A stretch of DNA of 64,000 nucleotides from Paraphysomonas bandaiensis (taxonomy: Eukaryota > Protista > Chrysophyceae). The number at the start of each line of letters is the position of its first letter. Within the stretch, counting starts at the first letter, position 1. Both the position numbers and the translations under genes were made by a program. The notes beneath the pieces were generated by a model. The model did no database searches, was not told where the DNA came from, and saw only the letters and a list, made by a program, of their open reading frames with translations. The stretch is taken from NCBI GenBank assembly GCA_965644295.1, contig CBFFRP010000064.1, forward strand, positions 124,001-188,000, read 5' to 3'. Below are positions 37,332 through 51,200 of this stretch, piece after piece.

Positions 37332-37769
37332 CTACATATATGTAGGGTATTTAGGTACATGCATACAGTACGAGGGTATTTATTTCTGAAAAAAGGCGCT
37401 CACAAATCTGACATATTTCTGCCTAGAATTACAAATTCTACGAATACTATTCCCACATAAATGTAGTGTATATATACAGTACGTATTTCTACCTATAGAA
37501 GAAACTTGAGAACAAAAGAACGAAAAATTGATCACAATAAAAATCCCAACCACACTGCTATATATGGATATGTACGTATGTATGCACTGTATGTAGGTAT
37601 GAGTGTATGTATGAGTGTATGTATGTGTGTATGTATGTGTATATATCACTCTGTCCAAATCTAAAGTCCCATAAATGGAACTGAGTTGAGTATATACAAC
37701 ACTATAGCCATATGAACACATAAGACTGTATTTTCTTATTAATTTCACATTTAAAAGGCTATTAATTAC

Positions 37770-40700
37770 ATGAGTAACAGTCCATTACCACCCGGATGGG
37801 AAGAGAGAACAGATCCTAATGGAAGGACGTTTTATATCGATCATAACACAAGAACGACAACATGGAATCGTCCTCAATCATCTCCTGTACCTCAAGTAGA
37901 GAATGATCATCGTCCAGTATCATCCTCTAGTCCCAATGATATGGATGAAAGTGTATCTGGAGTGAGCTCGAGATTCTCTGTAGTTAATCAACGAGCCACT
38001 GATCACTCTATTTATTCTACTGATAATACCACACAACCAACAAATGGTTCTTATTCAGTGAATGTAAAAGGTGATACGGGTGGATATTATGCTGATAATC
38101 CTGTCATTCAGACTCTCTGTCGGAAAATATGCCCCTATCGTGTACCCGATAAGGAACGTGCTCAATGTTTCAAGTGCAATGTAAAATTTGGGGGAATATC
38201 TGTGATTCTGCGACACCATTGTAGGTCCTGTGGTGATATATATTGTCATCGATGTTCTCAACACCGAATGTCACTGCCCCTGCCCGGAGAAGAATTTAAG
38301 GATGGCGAGGTTAGGGTATGCGACTATTGCGCGGAGCATATAAAAGCTGGGGATCTCAATTCTCTTCTCCGGCTATATGGTGTTCTAAGGGGTTGTACTG
38401 ACAATGAGGTCCGAGTTCGTGCCATGAAAGTGCTATTACTATCTCTGGATCATGAGGAGGATGCGAGTGGCTGTGAGCAGAGATTCCCGTCGCATACTCA
38501 GTGGGTGGATCGGCTTGGAGGGTCAACAGTAATGTGGAAGGGTATGCTTACTGGGTTGTCATCTGGCAGCACTCCTGAAGTGCACAACTTGACGTGCCAG
38601 TGGGCTGAAAAAGTGCTGCGTTGTTTGCCCCTTTCCCAGTCACCTGCATTGTCAAGTGACCTTCTTACAGCTGCCTTCCTTTCGGCCGGTGGCATTGGCC
38701 CATTGGTGGAGTGCCTCGACCATCCCACCTCTGCTTCGGCCGCTGCTCGTTGCCTAGTTGCGCTCGTTGATGGAGATTCCGCTGGAGCTGCCTTTTGTCA
38801 ACGCGATGACCTGATACTGCATATACTTGACCAGATAACCTGCACAGAGTCTCAACAGCAACTCTGTTTATCAACTGTCATGCTGCATATCACTTCTCGG
38901 GCCCGTTCGTCTTTACGAAGTTTGTTAGATGCGGGCATACTCTCGATATGCGGTTCCTTAATGAAGTCAGACCACGCCCCACTGAAAGGTGTGTCTATGT
39001 CACTGATATTGAGTGTTCTGCGTGGTGTCACCTCTGGGGGAATGGGAATGGGATTGAGAAGTGACGATGAGCTGTTGTCCATGGTGTCATCTGTCCTCCG
39101 CTGTGTAGTAGATGCTGGAGTTTTGTCCAGCCTTTGTGACATATTGAAGTCCGTTAATATTACCCCCACTACTTCTATGTCTGAATTAGCTCTTGTTAGA
39201 GGTGCCTTGGATGTGATGGATTTTCTCTCCAGTTACCCTGTGAGTAGATCTGCCATACTTGAGCACCCTACAGCCAAAGGTGTTGTATGCAACACCCTTT
39301 CTGCATCTGTAGAGGTGATTACAGCTGGAAATAATCCTGGGAACGACATGTACGATCTATGTGATACAATTAATGTTCTTGGTATTTCTATTTTTTCGAA
39401 CATATCGCACTCACACACTGTTACGGACAAGTCTACTTTCATGATATCCACCCCGTTTTTAGACTCTGCGGTTGAAGTTGTTGCTTTTTACTCTTCATTA
39501 GATTCTCCTGCTGTTATGGGGGCGATGGATCTCATTGCGATGTATGCCGTACTCCCTGTTTTTGGAGAGCTATTGGAGTCTCGAGGAGGCCAGACATCCC
39601 TCTGTTTGATACGAAATACTTGTAACATACTTCACAAGCTCTCGCTTCCCTCCCACAACGGTAGTGCAATTATGCAAGGTCAAATTCTATCTGCAGTTGT
39701 TCTTATTACTTTCGTACTGTATCACACCTTCGTCGCGACCTATGTGCTCCCTGAATCACAGCGCGTTGTGCTCAGAGACAGTACACAAGAAAATCTTGGT
39801 GCAGGCATGGACCGAGAGATTTTTTTTGAAGCGGCGCAGTGCAAGAATCTCTTCCGCTGGGCTGCTGAGCTCCTACGCGATTCGAACTGGTCATCCCACG
39901 CTTCACGTTTGTTGCTTGTTTTAGGTGCAACCCCACACACAGCGGTGATGGAAACTATGTGGGCCAATATGCAAACCTACGATGTGCATCAGACTCTGAT
40001 TGTTTGCGGGGCATCTACTGTGGAAAATATCAACAACGCTGACAACGCACTTTTAGCGATGGGCACACTCGCTGGAGCCCCGCCCTACTTTCCATGGGAA
40101 TACGCACACATCTCTATCCGTCTAGGCGGGGCCACTGAGATGATAGATGTTGGAAAATTATCAGAGAGGGAGGGAGTGATCCTTTCGGCTGCCCAGAAAC
40201 GTGTGCTGGAGAGGCAAAAAATGGCTCTTGGTACACCCAGAGCCGAATCAGAAGACTATCTACAAAGGGAGCGCGAGTCAATATTTAGGCGAACGTTGTG
40301 TTCGCTTGTTGATAGTCTAATTGTGCCCTCGCTCTCTTGTGCACGTGAGGGGCTCAGATTCGTAGGTATGAAAAAAGGTATCCGCCGTGTTTCTGTGTCT
40401 AATATATATTCAAAGGTGCTCTGCGGCTGGTTCAGCTGTTGGCTTGCGAACCCGAGTTCACGGCGCTGAATCTCGGCGCCCGAAAAGGAATATTTGCATT
40501 CGCCACTCATATGAAGGTTGTTTTATGCAATGTATCTCTCCTTGTATTTCACCTGATTTTTATGTAGGAATTTGATCAGGTTGTGCAGCTCTGTGCTCTC
40601 GACGATATTCGAATATTGCTTTCCAGCCTCAGTGAGGCCAGTGTTACCCCAGATGCGTGTGCAGCTCTTCGAGTAGTATGCAAGGAGTTGCAATCGAGAG

Positions 40701-43700
40701 ATTATACTGTACAGTGTTTTGCTCTTCTTGTGGTTGAACAAAGTGTTGACATCAGCTCAAAATTTTGGCCCGTTGTGTGCGAGGCATCTCTGTCAGCACT
40801 TGCGGAGTGTCTTGCAGTAGATAGCCATTGTGATAATATTGGCATTGACAGTGTATATTTCGTACAACATTCGCTAGAAATTATTAAGAAGATATGTGCA
40901 TCCGATCAGGTGGCTTTGGAAGTTGTATCACATACAACTCTTCGTGAAAACCTTGTGACCCTGTTAATAGGGGCCAGTGATGTGGCAGAGAGACAACGAG
41001 TATGTACCGAGAGTGTTCGCAGTGAACTTGGCGGTGATTTATCCTTGCAGCTTCATGCGATAATCTGTGTAAGTATACTAAGTACACATGATTCCTGCAA
41101 GCAAATACTTATTGCTAGTGGAGCTGTTGCAAAGCTGTTTCAATGCATTCTCGAATACGAATGTCCTCGATATGACGGGGAAGAGGTGGAGGCTAGCTTG
41201 ATGAAGAATTCGCGACCTACGGGCGATGAGTTATCATCACGTCAAGAAAACCCTTTGATAGAGAGAGTTCTAGATACACTGTTTAATATATCATGCAAAG
41301 TCAGTGACGCTTTTCGTTGTTCTCTTCTTTGCGAGGATAAAGCAGTTCTTATGAAGTTTTTCTTAGAGAGATGGAGCTGCGAAACAAATTTCTCTGAAAA
41401 AATAGTGGTAATCATTATGCGGTGTGCTGTGAGTGATCACGTTGACTTCTGTCAGCCATATGAATATGAACCGTGGAAAACGCTTATTTCGACAGAGCAG
41501 ATATTTTTTTTGTATGACATTATTGCGTTTGAGAATGGAGTTTTTTGTGGAAAAGGAGCATCGTGTATGGATGAACACTCAGTTATTACTGCACAACGAC
41601 TGGCTTGCATATGTGTCAGACACCTTATAGATCATCATTGCTGTATTAACTCTCTGCTTGACCTCTGCAGAATCAACAGCTCTTCACAGTTACTCTTCAT
41701 ATTGGAATCATATGCATTGCAGTTTTCTGAAGCGTCACTATTAATCAGTGATATATTCTGCTGGCCAGATGTCACATATAAGTGAGTTTATGGCTTATTC
41801 CTGTTTCATAATTTACTATTGATGCAGGTTAACATCGAAAACTTTTATTGATACTATGATTTGTGTACTGAATTCCGAAGATATGCCTTCGAAATGTGCT
41901 GCCGTGCGTATTTTCTGTTCTGCCCTAATGCGTGACGAAGATAGTAGACGCCAAACCCTTTCTGATGTAACACTATCTTCCTCGGCACGAAGTATCCATA
42001 AGGTGTTATCTACATGCTTTGATGTTATAATGAATGGTGGTGAGCATAGCCTTGTCGATAAATACGAAAGAATTGAGGATTTGTATGTTCATGACACTGT
42101 CGTTAGTGGTGCTATTGTAGCAGCGGCTCTTCTGGGCACATATGAATACCTATCAGATACTACTAGTGATGTTACTGAAGTTTTATACCAATGTTGTCGT
42201 GCACTGCTATTTGTCATTAAGAACACATATGATCATATGTGCGATCATCTTACGATGCTTAGTTCTACCTCGGAAATGGTATGGCGGTCATTATATTCCT
42301 TTAGCACCTGTGAGGAGAGTGCGGCGGTGCTTCTTAAGCAAGATGTATTTGATGTGCTAAAAGGATCACTGGCAGTACACCGTAGGGAAATTATTAAATA
42401 TTGCGACTCCGACGAGCGGTCCATTGACTACAATTATATCTCAGAAGACCTTGGGATTGCCATCGATATCATTGGGGAGCTGCTTAACTGCCACGAAGAT
42501 ATGTCCGCCAGGGCCATTGTTTCAAGTGGGTGTATTTCTGAAGTGTGCACCCTTTTACTAAGTTCTAGTTGCAAAACATATGACATTGGAATGGTACATA
42601 TATTGTACAAAGTGTCCTGCTCTGGTGTTGCTGCATGCGGAATCATGCTGCAAGCAAGAGAGATTACAAACTGGAAGCAATGTGATGATAGTGATGCTGA
42701 TCATGCATTAGTTGATTGGCTTGCCTGTGAAATAGAACCAACATTGAACAATACTTCATGCCGGGTTACCGATATGACCACTCATGCGATGTCGACTCTG
42801 TGTAATATTTGCCGTCTCATTAGCTGCCAAGATAGAATTGTGACTCGTCATATGACTCTGGTGGGAGCTATTTGTAAATACATTAGTCTATGTTGCGAGA
42901 GAAATGTGGATACCTATGTTAATGATGAAATTGGGAGAAAAAATTCAATCTTAAGCGTTGTTTTGTCGCTGTTATCAGCGCTAGCTCCCGCATTTTATCG
43001 TCATTATGGTGACACGAGTGATGTTATTGTGAAAGAGCAAGAATCAAGTCTCCCAAAGAATATGTTGGGAGTGCTGATACGACTAGCTGCACGTTGTTCG
43101 AATATTTGCTGTGCTGAACAGGTGCGTGCACAGTTTGTTGTATCTATAGAAGTATGTAAGTTACTGTGCGCCATAGGCTCTCAGTATTGCAAACGTGCTA
43201 TCCATTCATCCCAATCTCTGTGAGTCGCTTAGGGATCGTGACACGATTAGGTACTTATTCCAGTCTCTGGGAAGAGTTGTCCCGCAGCCTTCAGACGTAT
43301 CCAAAGGGCCCATGGAGTTGCCGTATGTACTGAAACAGTCCCAGTGCTGCGCCGAGTGCCTGAGTCTTGTATTTCGAGTGTTTAATGTGGATGCCACTGC
43401 GTTTCGGCGAGCGATGGTTAGTGACGGGGAGGACCAGGAACAAGTGGCTGTCCCTGTTACCATTATTCAATCTGTTGTACGCATCCTTGCTGGTGCTGCA
43501 CGGAATATGCAATGGTTCCCTGCCCTTCTTCGAGCATCTGATGTGCTCAAGGTACCTTCCAGCACGACTTACACTATACAAGAGTCATTATACGCTAATG
43601 TATTGTAGATGTTGGCGGTATTTCCGGAGTGCGCAGTGGAATGCTTAAGCACCATGCACTCTCCTGGCGTACAGGTCGCTGCAGGTACACTGGAATCTCA

Positions 43701-44069
43701 TGTAAGTACACGTTGTGTATCTCAGTACTGTATATCTGACGTGTGGATATCATTCGTTCTCAGGTTTTGCTCAATGCCCTTAATACTGCGAACTGTATTA
43801 TACAACCTGGACGTCTGCGTTCTGTCCGCCCCTCTGTTGAGTCTTCGGACAAGTACTTTATTGCACCTGTGGTGTCTAGTCCCTCTGTTCATGAGAGAGG
43901 AATTAATTCAGACAACCATATGAGCACTACGACTTTCGATATGGAATCTAATATATCTGTTAGTAATGAGAATGGATATGTCGATCGCGAGACAGACTTC
44001 ACCCAAAACGAAGAAACGAATCAGCAGTCATATTACAGTCAACCGGAGATAGGTAGTTTTGAGTTTTAA
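37770..44069 (+). CDS. Large WW + FYVE + ARM/HEAT-repeat protein, about 7 exons
   Basis: WW domain [35 protein letters not shown] domain [26 protein letters not shown] long helical Leu/Cys-rich remainder follows. ORF blocks are joined by short GT-AG introns (about 40366-40414, 40518-40567, 41782-41827, 43122-43176, 43552-43608, about 43700-43763). Confidence 0.85.
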
Positions 44070-44738
44070 ATGTTTTTGAGTTTGCTATCTTAAATTGTTA
44101 CTGTAGGAGTATTTTCAAATAATATTTAATTCAGTCTAGGTTTTAGTTTGTTTTTAACCACAGTCATCGTATGCAATAGGAGTTCTCCTTTGTTTCTTTT
44201 CTAATTGATACGTATTTGATTATTGTCCATTGACTTTATGACACGAACATTTGATAAACAAAGGAACAGAAATATTGTTACCATGTAATGTATGAATATT
44301 TGTTTTCGTCGTTGTGGTGTATGTGGTTGGAGATTAGAGAGTTTACTGGTTTGATAACAATATATAATACTTCTATATACTTCGCGGTAGACATAATGAT
44401 AATATAAAATTGATATTTTTCTAAGTGCGTTACTGTGATGAAAACGATGCATGGGAAATCTGTAAATTATACTTCGAATATTTTTAGTTTATACTATATG
44501 TGAAATAGTTAAACAACATCTAGATGACATACATTAATACCCACTAGTAATTTATGCATTGTTGGTACTAATGCTAATATAAATATGTAAGCTATTCGTT
44601 TATCAAGATAAAAGATATCCACGTATATAAAGCGTGTAATAACCGTGTTATACTCCATACTAAATGTGGCTGAAACCACACTCATAATCATCAACCTCAT
44701 TAACTTCTTCTTTGAAAAGAAACACCGTTCACATAATA

Positions 44739-45272
44739 TTACAACACAGCAGCACCATAACAAAAAACACGTACTAGAATGATCAACTCAGCTATAGCGG
44801 ATGGTAAATTGCATGTTAGTACTATAGACCACAACACCTCATAAGACCACTTCTCAATAATGAAACTACAGATTAATAGTCCACCAATGAAATGAAACAT
44901 AATCTGTATGAAGTTCACCTACAAACGATATGATTCCATGATATCTTAAGGAGTATACTGTTACCGATGACATGAATATAGAGGCCCCTGTGAACATGCC
45001 TGTATAGTCACATACCATACATATGACCCCCATACACACCGCTCCCTATACAGTAACTACAGTGAGACTACAGGGGGATATACAGAGATGAATAGAGAGA
45101 TACTTACAAGTGATAGAGTGTATGCATGAGTGTGTTGAGTGTCTGTATGGTTATCTCTAAGGGATGTATGGATGTTATTAGGGAGATAGAAGAAGAGGAG
45201 TAAGAGGGATAAGAAATGAATGGTTGTGACAAGGAAACGACCACAGAGGATGTAGTTTTGAAGGCGTTTCAT
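44739..45272 (-). CDS. TMEM107: Transmembrane protein 107 (ciliary transition zone), 3 exons, 141 aa
   Basis: Exons 45272-45108, 45045-44965 and 44918-44739 give MKRLQNYILCGRFLVTTIHFL..NNIHTSL..DYTGMFTGASIF..FHFIGGLLICSFIIEKWSY..LW..CNLPSAIAE. Four transmembrane segments, length and motifs (RFL...H, GxSxF, H, W, LPxxxE) match TMEM107 as recalled. Confidence 0.88.
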
Positions 45273-45381
45273 CGGGAGATGAGGAATGAGGCTACAGTGA
45301 GAGTTATAGTTATGAGTATATGCATAGACAGAGAGACATACATGGATAGATACAAGCACACGTATACAGAGTATACAGAAG

Positions 45382-45815
45382 ATGTATGTATGTATGTATG
45401 TATGTATGTATGTATGTATGTATGTATGTATGTATGTATGTATGTATGTATGTATGTATGTATGTATGTATGTATGTATGTATGTATGTATGTATGTATG
45501 TATGTATGTATGTATGTATGTATGTATGTATGTATGTATGTATGTATGTATGTATGTATGTATGTATGTATGTATGTATGTGTGTATGTATGTATGTATG
45601 TATGTATGTATGTATGTATGTATGTATGTATGTATGTATGTATGTATGTATGTATGTATGTATGTATGTATGTATGTATGAATGTATGTATGTATGTATG
45701 TATGTATGTATGTATGTATGTATGTATGTATGTATGTATGTATGTATGTATGTATGTATGTATGTATGTATGTATGTATGTATGTATGTATGTATGTATG
45801 TATGTATGTATGTAT
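45382..45815. repeat. (TATG)n microsatellite, about 430 bp with only two variant units
   Basis: Directly visible tandem array. Confidence 0.98.
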
Positions 45816-45977
45816 ATATGTTTTATATATGTATACTGCTGTGTATACGTGTGTATACGGCCTCTATAAATGGGCATATAGATTTTGTAAAATCCTGATA
45901 TTTATAATTAATCCTGATTTATATTGGCTGGGAAATCAAAAAACTGGTCGGTTTGCAAGATTTCTTAAACAGGCAGT

Positions 45978-46686
45978 ATGTGGATCATCCTCCAGCTGTG
46001 CTGTTCATTGCTCCTCACTTGTCATGCTTTCAAGAGAAGAGTTCCCTCTACAATCTGCTGCATCTCATCTGATGCATCTCATCTGAGACAACACCTTGAG
46101 GCTACTCTAGTCAGGCTTTTAGCTTTCGGTTATTCGTGTTGTTTCGCGGTCCTCTCGATGCAGCTTGCGTCAAACTAGAAGAAGGGGAAGCTGAGACCTC
46201 ATGCACATCTTAGTAGGGCGAGATGGTACCCCACTGGATAGAAAATCGTGGGTAAAAGTAATGCTGAGTCGCTCAAGGGCTGACACGGAATCCAATGAGG
46301 GTATCGTTGACTTGGATTGAGTCAAAACTGTGCGTTGGGAAATAGAGTTTGTATCACTTACCTACGAGGACATATTCAAAGTATGGGATTGTTTGTGCAC
46401 AGAGGACCCGAATTTTAATCTTTTAAGAAGTATCATGGTGATGTGGAACAACTGCAGTTTCTATTTAGAGTTATGTGACAAGGGTCAGCTTACATATACT
46501 GATATTGAAGGTGGTATGTCGGTCGGTATTTATTCTATATGTCCTGCTGAAGTCTTCGTCAGTGCCAAGTCCTATACGAGTACGGGAATTAGACACTTCG
46601 CTAATACCTTTGACATACAATTGAAGAAATGTTTTGATACCACACACAGAAAGGACGAAGGGACGGCCGGTTCGCTCGCCGCTTAG
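45978..46686 (+). pseudogene. Possible decayed gene or element ORF
   Basis: The frame from ATG 46201 to TAG 46686 is open except for one TGA at 46318-46320. It is preceded by a short ORF (45978) with a signal-peptide-like start. No family was recognised. Confidence 0.3.
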
Positions 46687-47298
46687 GCTTCTTCCTAAGC
46701 CAGAAAGGCTTTCCTTCCTATCGTAATAAACTTCGTTTAATTACTCATCCTAATAATATTAATAAATTAATGTGTGGATTATGAGGTTACCGTGATGTAA
46801 GGGCCAAGATGAAGTATTATAAGTAGTAGCATGATATAAGAGGTAGAAGATGGTTATGACAAGGTCAAGGGATACAAGTATTAAGGCCAGATAAAGGGTT
46901 GGAGTGTACCGGGACTATCCGTGCATACGGACGTTATGGTAATCCGTACAGTATTATGGTAGTATAAGTATTACGTAGGTATCGTATGAGATATACTATG
47001 AGAAAATATGAAGTAGGTTGTAGGAGTTACTATAGAGATATTTCTGGAAGATAAACTATCTATTTATGGCTAGAAACTCATCTCTAGAAACAGCTATGGA
47101 AAAACAGGTAGAGTTATACGGGTGTTTAGTTTTTAGATAGGACAGAACTACAAGGTAAAAGGATATATTAAGCACGGTTAAGTGTTGGTGAAAGTTAAGC
47201 ACAGTCTATCTACCTACCATCTATTGCACACATGGATAAGGATGACATATTCGCTGAAACCCACAGAGACGATGTTGTCAGTTGCCACCTATACACAT

Positions 47299-47893
47299 CA
47301 GGGCCTGATAACCATTAATGGTAATGAGAGAAGAGCAGTTAGACATTTGCAACTGGATTCATCCATGGAGGTTGGTGTACCCGACAGAAATAACGAGAAT
47401 GAGAGTGAAGGAACTGATTTTGCACAGCGTGTTCTGGACAGCGCCGATGTCACCAAGAGAGCTCGACATGGTACCTATGAGTCCAACTACCGCTGCTTGC
47501 TTCATATTGAAGCACAATCTAATCTTGTTGAGAGGCTCTTTAGTCGTGCAAAGTTGATTATGACACCTGAGCGTAGAAACATGAATCCATATTGTCTAGA
47601 ATCGTTGCTATTCCTACGAGCCAATTACATGTTGTGGGATGTTTATACCCTCCATAAAGCTCTGCAAGAAGATCCTGATGTGCCAGTAGAGAGCGAGAAG
47701 TAGTTAAAATTTGTAGTCTGCTATTTAACTATAAATTAGCAATTAAGGAAGCACAACACTATCTATTATATGAGTGGTGCTATTTACTTTAAGTTAGTAG
47801 GTATTAATGGCCATTATAATTGCCGGGACATTTTTCATTAATGCTATTATAATTGCCGGGACCTGGACTACCATTAATGGTTATCAGGCCCTG
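47299..47893 (+). mobile_element. Non-autonomous hAT transposon (internal deletion derivative) retaining the transposase C-terminal dimerisation domain
   Basis: Perfect 25-bp TIRs CAGGGCCTGATAACCATTAATGGTA (47299-47323 and 47869-47893). Perfect 8-bp TSD ATACACAT (47291-47298 and 47894-47901). ORF remnant SNLVERLFSRAKLIMTPERRNMNPYCLESLLFLRAN..LW. Subterminal ATTATAATTGCCGGGAC occurs twice. Confidence 0.95.
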
Positions 47894-48214
47894 ATACACA
47901 TACACTGTTGTGTATAGTGTTGTATGATGTATATAAATTGTGATTAGTCTTTGCTTGGCAGCGTAGTGGGTGTGATATTCATCATGTTATCGTAATGACT
48001 AGTTCGAAAACTGAAAGAGATGCATGTATTTAACTGCTGATTAATGATACTGCTGATATAGACGGGACATTAAATGGTATCGTTGGTGATACATACAGAA
48101 AAGCAAATGAGAGAAGTACGTAAATTCAGCGTATCATCAGTTTGTATTTTACATATATGCACGCAGTTTATATAGTTTATAATGTAAAATGAGTGTATAG
48201 TATGATATAGAAAA

Positions 48215-51200
48215 CTACTTCAACAACACTCTTTATTACTATACATCTCGGCTTGACATAAAGTATTATACGATGTATACCACCTGAATGAGCACAAAAA
48301 GTGGCGGCCACATTACAGAGACTACACAAACTCACACTTTACTCGACCCACTGCTTTCGAATGCTCTAAAGCAATTTTACACATTGTCTCCCTCTCCTGG
48401 ATTCTCCTCGCAGCATCACGAGTCATTTTTGACATCAGCCTGTCAGAAGTCTTCTTGGAGTATATAACGGGCTTGAAGGTTGCATCACGAAGTTTATCTG
48501 ACTCAAACTTCCGTTGTAAATCTTTTTGGCGAGTCTCCCGAATGTTCCTATCTGAAATGGGTGTTATACGTATTACACATGTGTGCACTACTAATATTTA
48601 CCATTGTATAGCCGCTCATGCCGAGCTGTAGCTGATGCAGAACGACTTCTCAATTTAACACTACGTTTATCCTGATGGAGTGTTGGGACTCCACGACACT
48701 CTGTAACGACTTCTTTATCGAGGGAAGTCAGCTGTTGTGGCTTAGAGCTTCTATCTGGTGCAGTCAGAATCATGTTTAAAGGAGGAGTTAATCCGGACTC
48801 CATCAGTACCTCAAAGCACTCAATGAATTCTTCTAGGGAAAGAAAAGCTGATTGTGTTGACTCAATCACCATGGTGGCAGCTTTGCTGAGTGCCTTGGGT
48901 TTCAATAGCGATGGCTGAGCATGTAAAGTGTCCAAAAGTATTGGCTGAGTGAATCTGATGTGAGACTTCGAGGAGGGTGTTGGAAGCTTCTTAATATCGT
49001 CCAAGTTAATAGTTTCGCTTGGTTTCAGAACACCATTGCCATCCACAAAACTATCATCTACAGACAAGTCTGGATGTAACATCGAACCATTCTCGCTTAG
49101 TGTCGGTTCATGACGAGCGAGGGTTTCCGCACGAAAGAAGTACTCATTTTTACTCCCATCGGCAGAGTCACTTTCGGGACACGCTTGCTCTGATAGTTCT
49201 GTCTTCTTCGGCGTAGTGGCATTTTCAACAGAAACTGGAATAGGAGAACAATCATTGGGAAAGGAACCAGTACAAGAGTTCGTGTCTGGGGGTTGATCTT
49301 CTTGGTGCGCAGGGCAGAGTTCGTAGGAATCTTCACCCGCTTCACGAGACATCCGCCATTCATCACGAGCATCGCCCACATTCCCATTACCAGGGCTGTT
49401 ATTCTTTCGGTCCTTGCTCATCTCCGCCGACATAATGAGAACCATGAATATCTCCTCCAAAGCAGCTCGTCGCTTCCGAGCAGCAATCTTGTTCGACACT
49501 ATGTTGTCACATTTCATATGCTTCTGTTCCTCAATATTTTTCTTCTCATCATGCACTCTCATTTCTTGCCGTTCTTTCTTTCGCTCCTCTCCTTTCCTCA
49601 TACTGTGGCATTAGCATTGTAAGGCAACATACTCAAATCTGGAGATAAGCTTACCGATCAACAAGGTTCTCTATATCACGCTGTGTTAACTTCTTATCAT
49701 GTTCAGGATCCCTGCCCAACAGTCGCAACTGCTCTTTTTCGAATATCTCCTCTTGAATCTCTTTCTGTCGTAGACGATAGTCATACAAACGTTGTGTAAA
49801 CTCCTCCTTGGTTTTCTCGACAGGTCTGAATTTCGCTGGTCCAATATCCGGTACGAAAGATGACCTTGTCAACGATGCACTGGCAGATCTTCTCCTTGGA
49901 CTTGGGATATAGTTTCTTTCCTGAGACCAAAAAGTGTAAGACAAACAAAATGTGTGAAACTTCAATACAGTACCTCATATAGGAGATCATATATATTCTT
50001 TCGTACATTCCTTTCGTCGCTGCTTCCATTACTCTGATGACCCAGTGATTCATCAACTTGATCTCTATCGCTTCCACTAGGCAACGTTGACCGAAACTCC
50101 TGTGGCGTTGAAGGTGGGCTCATATTAGCTGGTGTAACAGTCCCAGTAACTGTTGAAGCAACACCATAAAATCGTTTCTTCCTTCGCTTCTCGGCCAACT
50201 TCGAGCTTTTATCTGATATTTTTGGATGAAAGGCGTTACGCTTAAAGTCTTCTTCCTGAGCATGCAGAGCAATACGACGGCGCTCTTCCTCAGCAAATGC
50301 GCTACTATGAAGTGCATTGAAAACAGTTTGAGGCTTTCCTTTGTAGTAACGAATAGTTTCACATTTGGCATTGAAGTCACGTGTCACTAGCTGAGGCTGA
50401 AAAGTGGGGGTTTCTTCCTTTTGCCTCTCAGCTATGTCCTCCCGAAGGCGATCGCAGTTTCTCCTCTTTGCCTCCAACTTTTCTTTTGTTAAACATAGTT
50501 TTCATATACACAATGACATACCCAGAGTATATCCCTTCGGTACAAGTCCTCCCCAATATTAGTACCAGGAGGGAGGCATTTATGCGACATTCTCGTCACC
50601 TTGGAACGCGCTCTAATAAGTCTGGAAAAGTATTAATACAATCCACAACATAAAAACATAAACACCTTCTCTGTCTTTCCTGCTCTAATTTCTTTTGCTC
50701 CTCAAGACGTTCAAGAAATAGCTGTCGTCTATTTAAATTCGCGCTCGCATCACGATATAGTCTACCAACAAAATTAAAATGATATGCGTCTTACGCGTTG
50801 CATACCTTTCAAAAATATGTTGTCGATGTAGTACTGGGCTAGCGGACCTTGGCCTCTGTTTTTCTGTGGTACTAGCTACAGTAAGGGAATTACGTATCGC
50901 CGATCGTGGCCGTGGAGAGGACAGACTACGTGTAGATTTCTGAGACTGCGGACTCGACATTGCAGAAACCACCGTCGACCACTCTTGTCTGGCGGCATTG
51001 TATGCCTCTTCTGATCTTCTTGAGTATCCTCTAGGAGATCTGCCCCGCGTCCAGCTTTCCACAGGAGGGTATGTGCCGTCGTGCATAGGAGTCGAATCTA
51101 CTTCTGCATCAAGTTTGCGGGTCGCATAAAAAGACTCAGTGTCGTCCTCCGTTTCGGGTGCAACAGATTGATCATCAGACTCCGCATTGACGGAATTTAC

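Noticed and set aside
37035-37389. MYVC/HTYI repeat ORFs
   Set aside because: Artefacts of the (CATA)n microsatellite.
45216-46086. Up to 217-aa MYVC/HTYI ORFs
   Set aside because: Artefacts of the (TATG)n microsatellite.
46318-46320. Selenocysteine codon
   Set aside because: No CxxU or other redox context and no convincing SECIS by eye; a pseudogene stop is more parsimonious.
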